Below are positions 20,979 through 30,647 of a stretch of DNA of 64,000 nucleotides, one piece after another. The DNA is from Planctomycetota bacterium. GTDB taxonomy: Bacteria > Planctomycetota > UBA1135 > UBA2386. Within the stretch, counting starts at the first letter, position 1. Every line of letters begins with the position of its first letter. The position numbers and the translations under genes were made by a program. The stretch covers positions 2,432,001-2,496,000 of the forward strand of contig OZ245006.1 in NCBI GenBank assembly GCA_965223545.1, read 5' to 3'. The notes beneath the pieces were generated by a model. The model made no database searches and was not told the origin of the DNA. It saw only the letters and a program-made list of their open reading frames with translations.

Positions 20979-21764
20979 ATGACCGACCTGTTCGAGTTCA
21001 CGGCCGGCACCTCACCTCTGTTGATCAGCGTGCCGCACGCCGGCACCCACGTCCCGGGCGAGATCGCCGCCCAGCTGACCGACGCCGGCCGCCAGCTGGC
21101 CGACACCGACTGGTTCGTCGACCGGCTGTACGCCTTCGCCACGGAGCTCGACGCGTCGATGCTGGTCGCCACGCATTCGCGCTACGTCATCGACCTCAAC
21201 CGCCCCCCGGACGGCGCCGACCTCTACCCCGGACGGGACACGCCGGGGTTGGTGCCGGTGCACACCTTTGCCGGGGAGCCCATTTGGGCCGGCGACGCAC
21301 CCGACACCGCGGAGATCGACGAGCGACGCCGTGCGTACTGGCAGCCCTACCACGACAAGATCGCGCGCACCCTCGAGGCCCTCCGCCAAGAGCACGGCCG
21401 GGCCGTCCTCTGGGACGCGCACTCGATCGTCAGCCGCGCCCCGCGCCTGTTCGAGGGCCAGCTGCCGGACCTCAACCTCGGCACCGCCGGCGGCGCTTCG
21501 TGCGCCGCCCCGCTGCGCACCGCCCTCGCCGAACGAGCCGCGGACTCCGGCCATACCCACGTCCTCGACGGCCGCTTTCGCGGCGGCTACATCACGCGCC
21601 ACTACGGCGCGCCAGACCGGGGGATCGATGCGGTGCAGCTCGAGCTGGCGCAATCGACCTACATGGACGAGGCCGCGGTGATCTACGACGAACGGCGCGC
21701 TGGGGCGCTGGCGGAGACGCTGCGCACGCTGTTGGTCTGCGCCCGCGACGGGCAGTGCGAATAG
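20979..21764 (+). CDS. hutG: N-formylglutamate deformylase
   Basis: LISVPHAG, DTDWFVD, SRYVIDLNR, YWQPYH, WDAHSI, GRFRGGYITRHYG, QLEL. Confidence 0.93.
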   Translation: MTDLFEFTAGTSPLLISVPHAGTHVPGEIAAQLTDAGRQLADTDWFVDRLYAFATELDASMLVATHSRYVIDLNRPPDGADLYPGRDTPGLVPVHTFAGEPIWAGDAPDTAEIDERRRAYWQPYHDKIARTLEALRQEHGRAVLWDAHSIVSRAPRLFEGQLPDLNLGTAGGASCAAPLRTALAERAADSGHTHVLDGRFRGGYITRHYGAPDRGIDAVQLELAQSTYMDEAAVIYDERRAGALAETLRTLLVCARDGQCE

Positions 21765-21781
21765 GGTTGGTCAGACCACCC

Positions 21782-23275
21782 TCACCGCAGCACCCATTCG
21801 CACCGGGCGACCATCGACCAGTGCGTCGCCAGATCGGGATGGTCGCGATCGGGGACCCCCGCCAGACTCCGGCGCACGGCCGAACGCGCGAGGACGCGGT
21901 CGAGCTGCTGCGCGTCGAGCCCTTCGAGCAATAGGAACAACTCGGGTACACGGCGCAGCCGAACCTGCCCGCGGGTCGCGCCGTCTGCCACCCAGTAGCG
22001 CACCGGCAGACCCGGTCGTCCGTCGGTGAGGACGCGCAGCAGTCGCCGCTTTGCACGGTCGTGCTGCTCGCGCAATCCGGGATCGGGGCGCCGCCGCAGG
22101 TGCGCGCGCAGGGCCGGCAGCAGGATGCCGCCGGTCAACCACGCCCGCTCCTCGTAGACCCCGCGACGGCGTTCCCCCTCACCGAACCGAAACACCGCGG
22201 CACGCGCGTCGAAGCGCGAACGAACGTCCGCCGCCAGCGCGTCGGCGGCCCGCGCGACGACCGGATGCGGCTCGAACCGCAACCACGCCTCCATCTCCAG
22301 CAACGGCCAGCCGACGTCGCGTGCGCGGTCGGTGGCGGCCCCGTCGCGCTGCACGCGGGCGGGTTGTCGGGCCAGGCCGAGCGCCATCGTCCGCGCCGCC
22401 GCGACCAGCGAGTCGTCGGCCATCACACAACCGACGAGCAAGAGTCCGGACAGCCACACGTGGCCGGCCTCCGGCGGCGCCGAACGGTGGGTCGTCCCGT
22501 GCCGGTACGGCAGTCCCTGGCCACGGTGCAGATCGATATCGATCAGATGCCGCGCCGAGTCGACCGCTCGCATCAGCAAGCCGGGGTCACCGACCGCCAG
22601 CGCCATGCGCACCAGCCCCAGCACGGTGTCGAACTCCAGGTTGGTCACGACGCCGCCGGAACGCGCGTAGTCTCCCCGGCCGCGAAGACCCGGCAGAGAT
22701 TGCATCGCCTTGGCGATCTCGACCAGGTCGTGGCGCCGCTGCGCGGACCGCCGGCCGCCGGGAGGCAAGACACCCGCACCGCGCCACCACTTGGGCTCGA
22801 TCCGCGCGCGCGTCACCCGCTGCCGCAGCTGCTCCGACTCCACCGTGCAGGCCTCACCCGCCGCGAACGCCTCCCCCGCATGGTGCGTCGCGTTGGAGAA
22901 CAACCGTCGCTCGCGCCAATCCACCGTGCCGTCGCGCCAGTGCCACTCGGTGCGCTCGATCTCGACGTCGCCATCCCGGTGGACCGCGCACCGGCGCACG
23001 ACGACGTCGCCACCCTCGTCTTCCGCAGCGGGCACGCCGCCGACGCTGATCCGCGTCCGCGCACTCGCGCCGAGCAAACACACCTCCACCCACGTGCGCC
23101 CGGTGACCGGGTCGGGCCGCCGCTGCAGCGCGCGCCACTGCAAACGCGCGCCGCCATCCGCGCGCAAGCCGCGCCGCAGCGCCGCGTCGGGCAGCGGAAC
23201 ACCGAAACGGACCGGACCCTCGCCCTGCACGAGGACGGACAAGACAACCTGCGCGACCACCAGAGGGCAGACCAT
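21782..23275 (-). CDS. Hypothetical protein, possibly a secreted alpha/alpha-barrel (polysaccharide lyase-like) enzyme
   Basis: N-terminal VRFGVPLP..LQWRAL, followed by helical repeats with H/R/W residues (GHVW, RDVGWPL). Divergent from the sulfatase gene. Confidence 0.5.
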   Translation of the reverse strand: MVCPLVVAQVVLSVLVQGEGPVRFGVPLPDAALRRGLRADGGARLQWRALQRRPDPVTGRTWVEVCLLGASARTRISVGGVPAAEDEGGDVVVRRCAVHRDGDVEIERTEWHWRDGTVDWRERRLFSNATHHAGEAFAAGEACTVESEQLRQRVTRARIEPKWWRGAGVLPPGGRRSAQRRHDLVEIAKAMQSLPGLRGRGDYARSGGVVTNLEFDTVLGLVRMALAVGDPGLLMRAVDSARHLIDIDLHRGQGLPYRHGTTHRSAPPEAGHVWLSGLLLVGCVMADDSLVAAARTMALGLARQPARVQRDGAATDRARDVGWPLLEMEAWLRFEPHPVVARAADALAADVRSRFDARAAVFRFGEGERRRGVYEERAWLTGGILLPALRAHLRRRPDPGLREQHDRAKRRLLRVLTDGRPGLPVRYWVADGATRGQVRLRRVPELFLLLEGLDAQQLDRVLARSAVRRSLAGVPDRDHPDLATHWSMVARCEWVLR

Positions 23276-24635
23276 TTGGCGTTTGTGGCGTCACCTCGAC
23301 ACCCGGAGTCGAGTGCCCTGCATGCGCCCGCCGGTTACGCCCCCCCTCTCGAGGCTGGATACGATCACCGCCAATGCCCCGAGACCAGACTGCGCCACCC
23401 GTCCGCTCCGGCATCCTGCTCGCACAGCTCGCCCTCACCGCCGGCTGCGGCTCCGATCCCTCAGCGCCAAACATCGTCCTGATCGTCGCGGACGACCTCG
23501 GCTACGGCCACCTGGGCTGCTACGGGCAGACCTCGTTCGAGACCCCGCGCCTCGACCAGATGAGTCGCGAGGGTACTCGCTACACCCAGGCGTACGCCGG
23601 CAGCCCCGTCTGCGCGCCCTCGCGCAGCACGCTGATGACCGGCCTGCACACCGGCCACACGTCAGTGCGGGTCAACGGCGCCAACACCGCGCTTCTCGAT
23701 GGTGACATCACCATCGCCGAAGTCCTACGCAGCGCCGGCTACGTCACCGGGATGTTCGGCAAGTGGGGATTGGGTGACGCCGACAGCAGCGGCGCGCCCT
23801 GGCACCAAGGCTTCGACGAGTTCTACGGCCAGCTCGACCAGGTGCACGCGCACTTCCACTACCCGCTGTGGCTGTGGCGCGGCGATCAGCGAGAGTCGCT
23901 GCCAGAGAATGCCAACGGCGGCCAAGGCACGTACGCCCAAGACCGCATCGTCGACGAAGCCCTGGGGTTCATCGATCGCCATCGTGATCGACGCTTCTTC
24001 CTCTACTTACCGCTGCCGCTGCCACACATGGACCTCGCCGTTCCGGAGGACTCGGTGGCGCCGCTGCGAGGGCGGTTTGGAGCACCGCGTCGCTTCACCG
24101 ACGCGACCGGGCACTACGTCGACTGCGACGACGCAGTGACCACCGTGGCGGCGATGGTCAGCCGACTGGACCGCGATGTCGGCCGCATCCTCGATCGCCT
24201 GACCGACCATGGGGTCGATCGCCGAACGCTCGTCGTCGTCACCAGCGACAACGGCACGTATCGCATCGCGGCCGGCAACCCGCTGCGCGGCAACGGTGGC
24301 TTGCGCGGCTACAAGGGCCAGCCCTACGAGGGCGGCATCCGGGTGCCGGCCTTGGCGTGGTGGCCGGGTCGCGTCCCCGCCGGCCGCGTCGACGACCTCG
24401 TGTGGGCCAACTGGGACTTGCTCCCCACGGTGGCGGAGATCGCGTCCGCGACTCCGCCGGTCGGTCTCGACGGGCAGTCGTTCGCGGCGCGCCTCATGGG
24501 CAGCTCGACGCCCTTGCCCGACCGCGTGCTCTACTGGGGCGTGGTCGCCAACCTGCGTGGCGGGCCGACCGCGCAGGCACCGCAAGCCGTGCGCTTCGGC
24601 CAATGGAAAGCCGTGCGCTGGCGCCCGGACGGTCC

Positions 24636-26668
24636 GCCGAGTAGCCGCGGGGGGTTGCCCCCCCGCAGCTCTCACAGAACCGGACTTGTGGGTCACACAT
24701 CCGGCTCTTCAGGACGGTATCCCCCAAAGGGGCCGCCAGTCGTAGCGGCGCTCGTCCCAGAGCTTGGAAAGCGACACCAGCCGCTCAGCAAACCACTGAT
24801 TGGGATAAGCGCGTTTGATCGCTCCCGAGTTGCTCTGCCACCACGTGCCACGCCGGCCAAACGCGGTGCGTGCAGCCGACTGCCAGCTGCACCCACGGGC
24901 GACAAGGTCTCGGAAGAGGTATCGCGGTCTCTTCTTCTGCCGAATGATGATCGCCCGCAGGCGTCGTCGAATATGGCCATCGAGATTCCGCAAGGTCCGC
25001 CACGCGGCCTTCGTGATCAGCTTGAAGTAGCCGATCCAACCACGGAGGTAACGGTTCAGTCGTTCGATGCACCAGGACAGCCGACCACCCCAGGACCGCG
25101 GCGTAAGCTCACGGATTCGGGCGTCGATGCGATCCAGAGTGCGACGGGACAACTGCACCGTCAGCCAGCCCTTTCGAGTTGCGCCTACGCGAAACCCGAG
25201 GAAGTGCCGGCGATGGGCCAGGTCGACGGAACTCTTCGCTTCGTTCACTTTCAGTCGCACGCGACGTTCGATGAACCTGCGAATCGAAGCCATGACCCGG
25301 TGTCCTGAGCGCTCGCTACCGACGTAGATATTGCAGTCGTCGGCGTAGCGCACAAAACGCAACCCGCGTCGTTCCAACTCCCAGTCCAGTTCGTCCAGGA
25401 CGATGTTGGACAGCAGAGGTGATAGCGGGCCGCCCTGGGGCGTTCCTTCTTCCGTGATGACGCGGGTGCCATCTGGAAGAACCACGTTCGCTTTCAGCAT
25501 CAGGCGGATGATCCGCAGCACCCGACGGTCCTTCACCTTCTGAGCCAGCCGGTCCAGGAGGCGTTGGTGATGGACACGGTCGAAGAACTTCTCCAAATCG
25601 ATGTCCACCGTGTACCGCCGACCCTGCTTCACGTAACCCGCTGCTTCGGCGATCGCTGTGTGGGCTCCCCGCCTCGGCCGGAAGCCGTGGCTGCTGTCGT
25701 GGAACGTCGGGTCGTAGATCGGCTCCAGAATCTGGCGCACGGCCTGTTGGACCCAGCGGTCGATCACGGTTGGAATCCCGAGACCCCGCTGCCCACCACT
25801 GGGCTTCGGGATCCACACCCGACGAATATCGCCGGGCGCGTAGGTCTCCATGAGCAGAGCATCGCGGAGTTTCGGGAGCAGGTGTTTCGCATGACGCTTG
25901 ACCTCTGACACCGTCTGTCCGTCGACGCCCGGGGCGCCCTTCTTGCTTACGACATGTGCCAGTGCGCTTCGCAGGTTGCCCTGCTCCGCGACCAGCTCCA
26001 GCAGATGGCAGTAGCCGTCCGCTGGCGGCGGAGCCGATTCCGATCGATGGCTGCAATCCGTCGTAGGCACCGACGTGGACTTCGTGGCAGATTCGTCTGC
26101 CCTTCCGGCCACGCCGTCCCCTTGCGGGCTCTCGGCGAAAGCGAACTGCAGTTGCCGTGGTTTCGGCTTTCTCATCCTGTCACCCCCTTCGCTCCACCGG
26201 CATTACCCGGCTTCATCACTACTACGGGGTGATCCGACTTCTCTGCATGCCTTGGTGGGTCGTCGTTGCCTCCTCCCCACCTACCGCTCGAAGCGGACAC
26301 ACAGAGATCTCCCTGGGTAAGAACGCAGAGTTTCGCGCCGCCGCCGGTTCCAGTACTCCGAGGTCGCGACTGGATATCGGGCGTCACGTTGGATGGCACG
26401 CTGACCCAGACCTCGAGAGCCTTACGGAACTTCGCTTTCGCTCGGTGCTGCGCTGCGTCTAGGGCTTCCATCCCACACGACCTCGCGGGAACAGCACGGC
26501 ACGGTGTCCGTCCTGTTCTGGCATCCCGGATCAACACCGCGCACCGCCCTCTCGGACGGCACACGGCTCCCCTTTCTGCCTCGTGCAGCTGCCTTCGACT
26601 CATGGTTTCCTCCAGTACGGATCCATAAAGAACTTTCATCTTCAACTCTGCGCCCATGCCAGGCGCAA
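24636..26668 (-). mobile_element. Group II intron (RT/maturase without endonuclease), antisense to the host sulfatase
   Basis: 5' TTGCGCCTGGCATGGGCG; D1 closing TTCTTACCCAGGG; J2/3 GGA (26235-26233); D5 GAGCCGGATGTGTGACCCACAAGTCCGGTTC (24707-24677); D6 with bulged A at 24642; 3' end CTACTCGGC. Confidence 0.92.
24709..26175 (-). CDS. ltrA: Group II intron reverse transcriptase/maturase
   Basis: KGAPGVDG, IPKPSGGQRGLGIPTVIDR, SHGFRP, DLEKFFD, GTPQGGPLSPLLSNI, RYADD, FLGF, domain X LRGWIGYF. No HNH domain. Confidence 0.97.
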   Translation of the reverse strand: MRKPKPRQLQFAFAESPQGDGVAGRADESATKSTSVPTTDCSHRSESAPPPADGYCHLLELVAEQGNLRSALAHVVSKKGAPGVDGQTVSEVKRHAKHLLPKLRDALLMETYAPGDIRRVWIPKPSGGQRGLGIPTVIDRWVQQAVRQILEPIYDPTFHDSSHGFRPRRGAHTAIAEAAGYVKQGRRYTVDIDLEKFFDRVHHQRLLDRLAQKVKDRRVLRIIRLMLKANVVLPDGTRVITEEGTPQGGPLSPLLSNIVLDELDWELERRGLRFVRYADDCNIYVGSERSGHRVMASIRRFIERRVRLKVNEAKSSVDLAHRRHFLGFRVGATRKGWLTVQLSRRTLDRIDARIRELTPRSWGGRLSWCIERLNRYLRGWIGYFKLITKAAWRTLRNLDGHIRRRLRAIIIRQKKRPRYLFRDLVARGCSWQSAARTAFGRRGTWWQSNSGAIKRAYPNQWFAERLVSLSKLWDERRYDWRPLWGIPS

Positions 26669-26908
26669 CACCAAGCTGTTCGACCTCATCGCGGATCCGG
26701 CCGAGCGAACGAACGTCGGGCCCGAGCATCCAACGCTGGTCGCGCGCGCGCGCCGGCTGTTCGACACCTCGGTCACGCCCGGTCGGCTCCACCCCGAGCC
26801 GATGCCCACGTGGAGCTGGCCGCGCGAGCGGACCGGGTTTGCGAGCGCCTCACGGTGATTCCGCGATCCGGTGTGGGAGCGGCAAATGTATGGGTGACAA
26901 TCTACACA

Positions 26909-26967
26909 TTGACTCCCCGTATTGCACCTTTATGCTTCGCCCGAACGTCAGCCGGTGATGGCTGACG
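26909..26967 (+). promoter_or_regulatory. Sigma-70-like promoter plus 5'-leader hairpin abutting the RBS
   Basis: TTGACT (26909), N16, TATGCT (26931); CGTCAGCC-N6-GGCTGACG (26946-26967) directly before GGAGG. Confidence 0.5.
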
Positions 26968-26979
26968 GAGGATCCACCC

Positions 26980-28143
26980 ATGACAGCGAGAACCAACATC
27001 GACACTCTGCTGGTGCATGCCGGCGAGCCCGAGCCGCGGGATGCCGGCAGCATGGCCATCCACCGCTCCACGGTCTGGGCGTGTCGGGGCGGCACGTCGT
27101 ACGCGGCCATCCCATATCCACGGCTGAGCAACCTGCCCAACCAGCAGGTTCTCGGCGCGAAGCTGGCCGCGATCGAGGAAGCAGAGGCGGGCATGGTCAC
27201 CGCCAGTGGGATGGCGGCGATCACCAGCGCGCTGATCAGCGTGCTGGGCAAGGGAGGCCACGTCCTGGTGCAGGACTGCTTGTACGGTGGCACGCAGAGC
27301 TTCGTGCAGCATGACCTCGCCGTCCTCGGCATGGAGTACGACGTCATCGACGCCGGTGCGCCGGAGTCTTGGTCGGCCCTCGTGCGACCCAACACGCGCG
27401 CGGTCTACGTCGAAGCGATGACCAACCCGACGCTGCAGGTCATCGACCATCGCGCCGTGGTCGCCTTCGCCAAACAGCACGGCCTGGTGTCCATGATCGA
27501 CAACACCTTCGCCACGCCGGTGAACTATCGCCCCTGTGGTGCGGGCTACGACTTGTCGCTGCACAGCGCGACCAAGTACCTCAACGGGCACAGCGACGTC
27601 GCCGCGGGAGCGGTCATCGGCAGTGCCGAGCTCGTCGACAAGGTCCATCTCACGGTCAATCACTTCGGCGGCTCGCTCGATCCCGACGCGTGCTACCTGC
27701 TGTACCGCGGACTGCGCACGCTCGGGCTGCGAGTGCGGCGACAGAACGAGATCGCGATGCACGTGGCGGGCTTTCTCCACGAGCACCCGGCCGTCGCCCG
27801 GGTCAACCATCCGGGACTCGAAGACCACCCGCAGCACCAGTTGGCGACCGAGCTGTTCGATGGCTTCGGCGCGATGCTGTCGTTCGAGCTCGCCGGCGGC
27901 AGCGACGCTGTCGACCCGTTCCTCGATGCGGTCTCGATCCCGATGGTCAGCGCCAGCCTGGGTGGCGTCGAGAGCTTGCTGACGGTGCCCGCGCGCACTT
28001 CGCACCTCGGACAGTCTGCGGAAGAGCGCGCACGCATGGGCGTCGGTGACGGACTGATCCGGATGTCGGTGGGCATCGAAGACCCGCAGGATCTGACCGA
28101 AGACCTCGGCCGCGCGCTGGAGGCGACGGGTTCTCGGCGATGA
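26980..28143 (+). CDS. Cys/Met metabolism PLP-dependent enzyme (cystathionine gamma-synthase/lyase or methionine gamma-lyase family)
   Basis: YPRLSN, ASGMAAI, LYGGT, DNTFATP, HSATKYLNGHSD (PLP lysine), SLGGVESL, RMSVGIED. Confidence 0.93.
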   Translation: MTARTNIDTLLVHAGEPEPRDAGSMAIHRSTVWACRGGTSYAAIPYPRLSNLPNQQVLGAKLAAIEEAEAGMVTASGMAAITSALISVLGKGGHVLVQDCLYGGTQSFVQHDLAVLGMEYDVIDAGAPESWSALVRPNTRAVYVEAMTNPTLQVIDHRAVVAFAKQHGLVSMIDNTFATPVNYRPCGAGYDLSLHSATKYLNGHSDVAAGAVIGSAELVDKVHLTVNHFGGSLDPDACYLLYRGLRTLGLRVRRQNEIAMHVAGFLHEHPAVARVNHPGLEDHPQHQLATELFDGFGAMLSFELAGGSDAVDPFLDAVSIPMVSASLGGVESLLTVPARTSHLGQSAEERARMGVGDGLIRMSVGIEDPQDLTEDLGRALEATGSRR

Positions 28144-28658
28144 TCCACGCCAACCCACGGCTCTGGGCCGATCGCGAGTTCGTGTTCGACTTTCCGGCCG
28201 AGCACTACCCCAACCTGATCGCGCGACTGGCCGGCACGCCCGCACGGCTCGAGGAACTCGTGCAGGGCTTGGCCCCATCGATCCTCACAAGCCGCCGCGA
28301 CGGCAAGTGGTCGATTCAGGAGAACGCCGGGCACTTGATCGACCTCGAGCGGCTCGCCGACCAACGCCTCGACGAGTTTCTCGCCGGTGCCGACGCCCTG
28401 AGCCCAGCCGACCTCGCCAACCCCGACACCGAGAACGCGCGCTACAACACCCGGCCGCTGGCCGAGATCCTGACCGGCTTTCGCGCCGCCCGCACCGCGT
28501 GGGTGCGTCGCCTCGACGCGCTATCCTCCGAACAATTCGCACGGCGCGCGCTGCACCCGCGACTGCAGCAGCCGTTCCGGCTGGTGGACCACCTGGCCTT
28601 CTTCGCCGAACACGACGACCACCACCTGGCCCGCATCCGCAGCCTGCGCGGAGCCTGA
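28140..28658 (+). CDS. DinB/YfiT-family protein
   Basis: KWSIQENAGHL and EHDDHHL metal ligands. Confidence 0.85.
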   Translation: MIHANPRLWADREFVFDFPAEHYPNLIARLAGTPARLEELVQGLAPSILTSRRDGKWSIQENAGHLIDLERLADQRLDEFLAGADALSPADLANPDTENARYNTRPLAEILTGFRAARTAWVRRLDALSSEQFARRALHPRLQQPFRLVDHLAFFAEHDDHHLARIRSLRGA

Positions 28659-28659
28659 T

Positions 28660-29907
28660 CCGAACTGCAGCCCTTCCGTGGGCCTGGCTAGCTGAGAGAC
28701 GCTGACCGAGACGTAACCGGAGCCCTCTTCCGAGTCACAGGAAGTGACGCAGGGCCAGCTGCGCAACGGTGCCCTTTTGGTCCCCCCCGCGTTTTGTCCC
28801 GGAGGTCGCCGATGTTCGTTCCCCCGCGTTGCCCCAACTCAGCTTGCCCGCACAACCGCAGCCCGCGGCCCGGCTTCTTCGTACGCCGTGGCTACTACTA
28901 CCCCAAGTGCCGCGCCCAAGGCGTGCCGCGCTTCCGCTGCCGCCATTGCCGGCAGGGCTTCTCGCGGCAGACGTTCCGCATGGATTACCGCGACCACAAG
29001 CCCGACCGCAACGCCTGGATCGTCATGTTGCTCTGCTCTGGCCTGGGCCTGCGACAGACCGCACGCCTGGCCGGGCTCACGGCGCGCAACACCGAGATGA
29101 AGTTCCGCAAGATCGGTCGTCACGTCCGCCGCCTGAACAACAACTTACGGGGCGACCTGCCGGTCGGCTCGAGCTTGCAGTTCGACGAACTCGAGAGCTA
29201 CGAGGGCCGCCGCAACACGCGGCCCCTGACGCTGCCTGTCTTAATCGAGCGCGGGAGCCGCTTCATCCTCGCAGCGCGGTCGGCCCCGATCCGCCCCGGT
29301 GGCCCCAAACCGGCTGCGCGCCGACGAGCGATAGAGGCCGACGCGCGGCGGTTTGGCCGGCGGCCGTCGCGGTCGCGCGCGGCAACGCGCAATGCGCTGT
29401 GCCGGGGCGCGCGCGCTTGCACTCGGTTGACCACCGTGTTGCTCGAAACGGACGAGAAAACGACCTACTCAGGACTCGCGAGGGGCATTTTCGGCGCGCG
29501 GCTCGAGCACCGGCGAACACCAAGCACGCTGCCGCGCGAGACCTGGAACCCGCTGTTCGCGATCAACCATACCGAGGCAATGGCGCGCGACCTCAACGGT
29601 CGTCTGCGGCGCGAGTCCTGGCTGGTCAGCAAGAAGCGCTGCTTCCTCAACCTGCAGCTGCACATCTACATCGCGTACCGCAACTTCACGCGACCGCGCT
29701 TCAACTTCGACCGAGACACGCCGGCGATGCTGGTTGGCTGGCTGCCCCAGAAGTTGCGGCTGAACCAGGTGCTATCCTGGCGCCAGGACTGGGGCACGCG
29801 CAGCGGCCATCCGCTGGATCGAAACGCAAAACCGATCGAGAACTTCCTGAAGAGCTCTGCCTGAGTTTCTTGCGGCCGTGCCGGACCACGGAAGGGCTGC
29901 AGTTCGG
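28660..29907 (+). mobile_element. Insertion sequence with perfect 22-bp terminal inverted repeats
   Basis: CCGAACTGCAGCCCTTCCGTGG (28660-28681) and its reverse complement (29886-29907) flank a single transposase ORF. CTGATCCG occurs at 28655-28662 and 29910-29917. Confidence 0.8.
28812..29864 (+). CDS. IS1-like DDE transposase (zinc ribbon + HTH + catalytic domain in one ORF)
   Basis: CPNSAC..CRHC zinc ribbon, GLRQTARLAG HTH, QFDE / ETD / NHTE acidic triad candidates, GGAGG RBS at 28801. Confidence 0.72.
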   Translation: MFVPPRCPNSACPHNRSPRPGFFVRRGYYYPKCRAQGVPRFRCRHCRQGFSRQTFRMDYRDHKPDRNAWIVMLLCSGLGLRQTARLAGLTARNTEMKFRKIGRHVRRLNNNLRGDLPVGSSLQFDELESYEGRRNTRPLTLPVLIERGSRFILAARSAPIRPGGPKPAARRRAIEADARRFGRRPSRSRAATRNALCRGARACTRLTTVLLETDEKTTYSGLARGIFGARLEHRRTPSTLPRETWNPLFAINHTEAMARDLNGRLRRESWLVSKKRCFLNLQLHIYIAYRNFTRPRFNFDRDTPAMLVGWLPQKLRLNQVLSWRQDWGTRSGHPLDRNAKPIENFLKSSA

Positions 29908-30073
29908 GACTGATCCGCCACGCCGCATTCCTCTTGCGGCGGACAGACTTGGCCCGTCGAAAAAAACGGTTTCGCGCGGCCCCCATCCGAAAGTGCGGCC
30001 GCGCAGGGCGGAAACTGTCGTTTGACGTTGTGCCCCCAATCGCCCACCGCATCCCCGCCGGCGGCTGGCTCCC

Positions 30074-30640
30074 ATGCCCGAGTCTCCATCCAGCTCGTTC
30101 AACCACGGCCCACCTCCCGATCCCCTCCGCCTGACGCCCGAGAAGCTGGACCTCGATCGCGACCTGTTCGAGGAGCTCTACAAGCAACTCCATCACTTGG
30201 CGCAGCGGCAGATGGGTCGCCAAGCGCCGGACCACACGCTGCAGCCCACCGCGCTGGTCAACGAGTTCTGGCTGAAGATCGGCAGCCGCGAACAGCGCTT
30301 TCAGGACTCGAAACACTTCCTGCGCTACGCCGCGGTCGCGATGAATCACATTCTCGTCGATCACGCCAAGAAGCGACGCCGCAAACCCGAGCTCGCCAGC
30401 GAGTGGCAGTTCGACGAGCTGGCGCGCGCGTTCGACCACCGTGCCATCGATCTCCTCGATCTGAACGAGGCCCTCAACCGCCTCGAGGGGCGCGACTCGT
30501 TGCTGGCCGAGCTCGTCCGCCTGCGGTTCTTCACCGGGCGCACGGCAAAGGAGTCCGCCGAGACGCTGGGGATCTCCGAACGGCACGCGCGCCGGCAGTT
30601 CGAGATCGCGCGCAGCTGGCTGCGCCGGGAGCTGGGGTGA
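30074..30640 (+). CDS. Planctomycete-type ECF sigma factor (kinase-associated)
   Basis: LYKQLHHLA, HTLQPTALVNE, MNHILVDHA, LRFFTG, ARSWLRREL. Confidence 0.9.
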   Translation: MPESPSSSFNHGPPPDPLRLTPEKLDLDRDLFEELYKQLHHLAQRQMGRQAPDHTLQPTALVNEFWLKIGSREQRFQDSKHFLRYAAVAMNHILVDHAKKRRRKPELASEWQFDELARAFDHRAIDLLDLNEALNRLEGRDSLLAELVRLRFFTGRTAKESAETLGISERHARRQFEIARSWLRRELG

Positions 30641-30647
30641 TCGATCG

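Larger units (their letters stand above)
23374..26858 (+). pseudogene. Arylsulfatase interrupted by a group II intron (exon 1 23374-24635, exon 2 26669-26858)
   Basis: PNIVLIVADDLG, CAPSRSTLMTG (CxPxR), GKW, SDNG, YEGGIRVP. Removing 24636-26668 gives in-frame WKAVRWRPDGPTKLFDLIADPAERTNV and a 483-aa product. Confidence 0.9.

Noticed and set aside
23374..25308. 644-aa sulfatase with a novel C-terminal domain
   Set aside because: The extension is read-through into the antisense intron; the real C-terminus is at 26669-26858
24709..26175. Retron or defence-associated RT
   Set aside because: D5/D6 and the 5' intron structure are present, and the element splits a host gene cleanly
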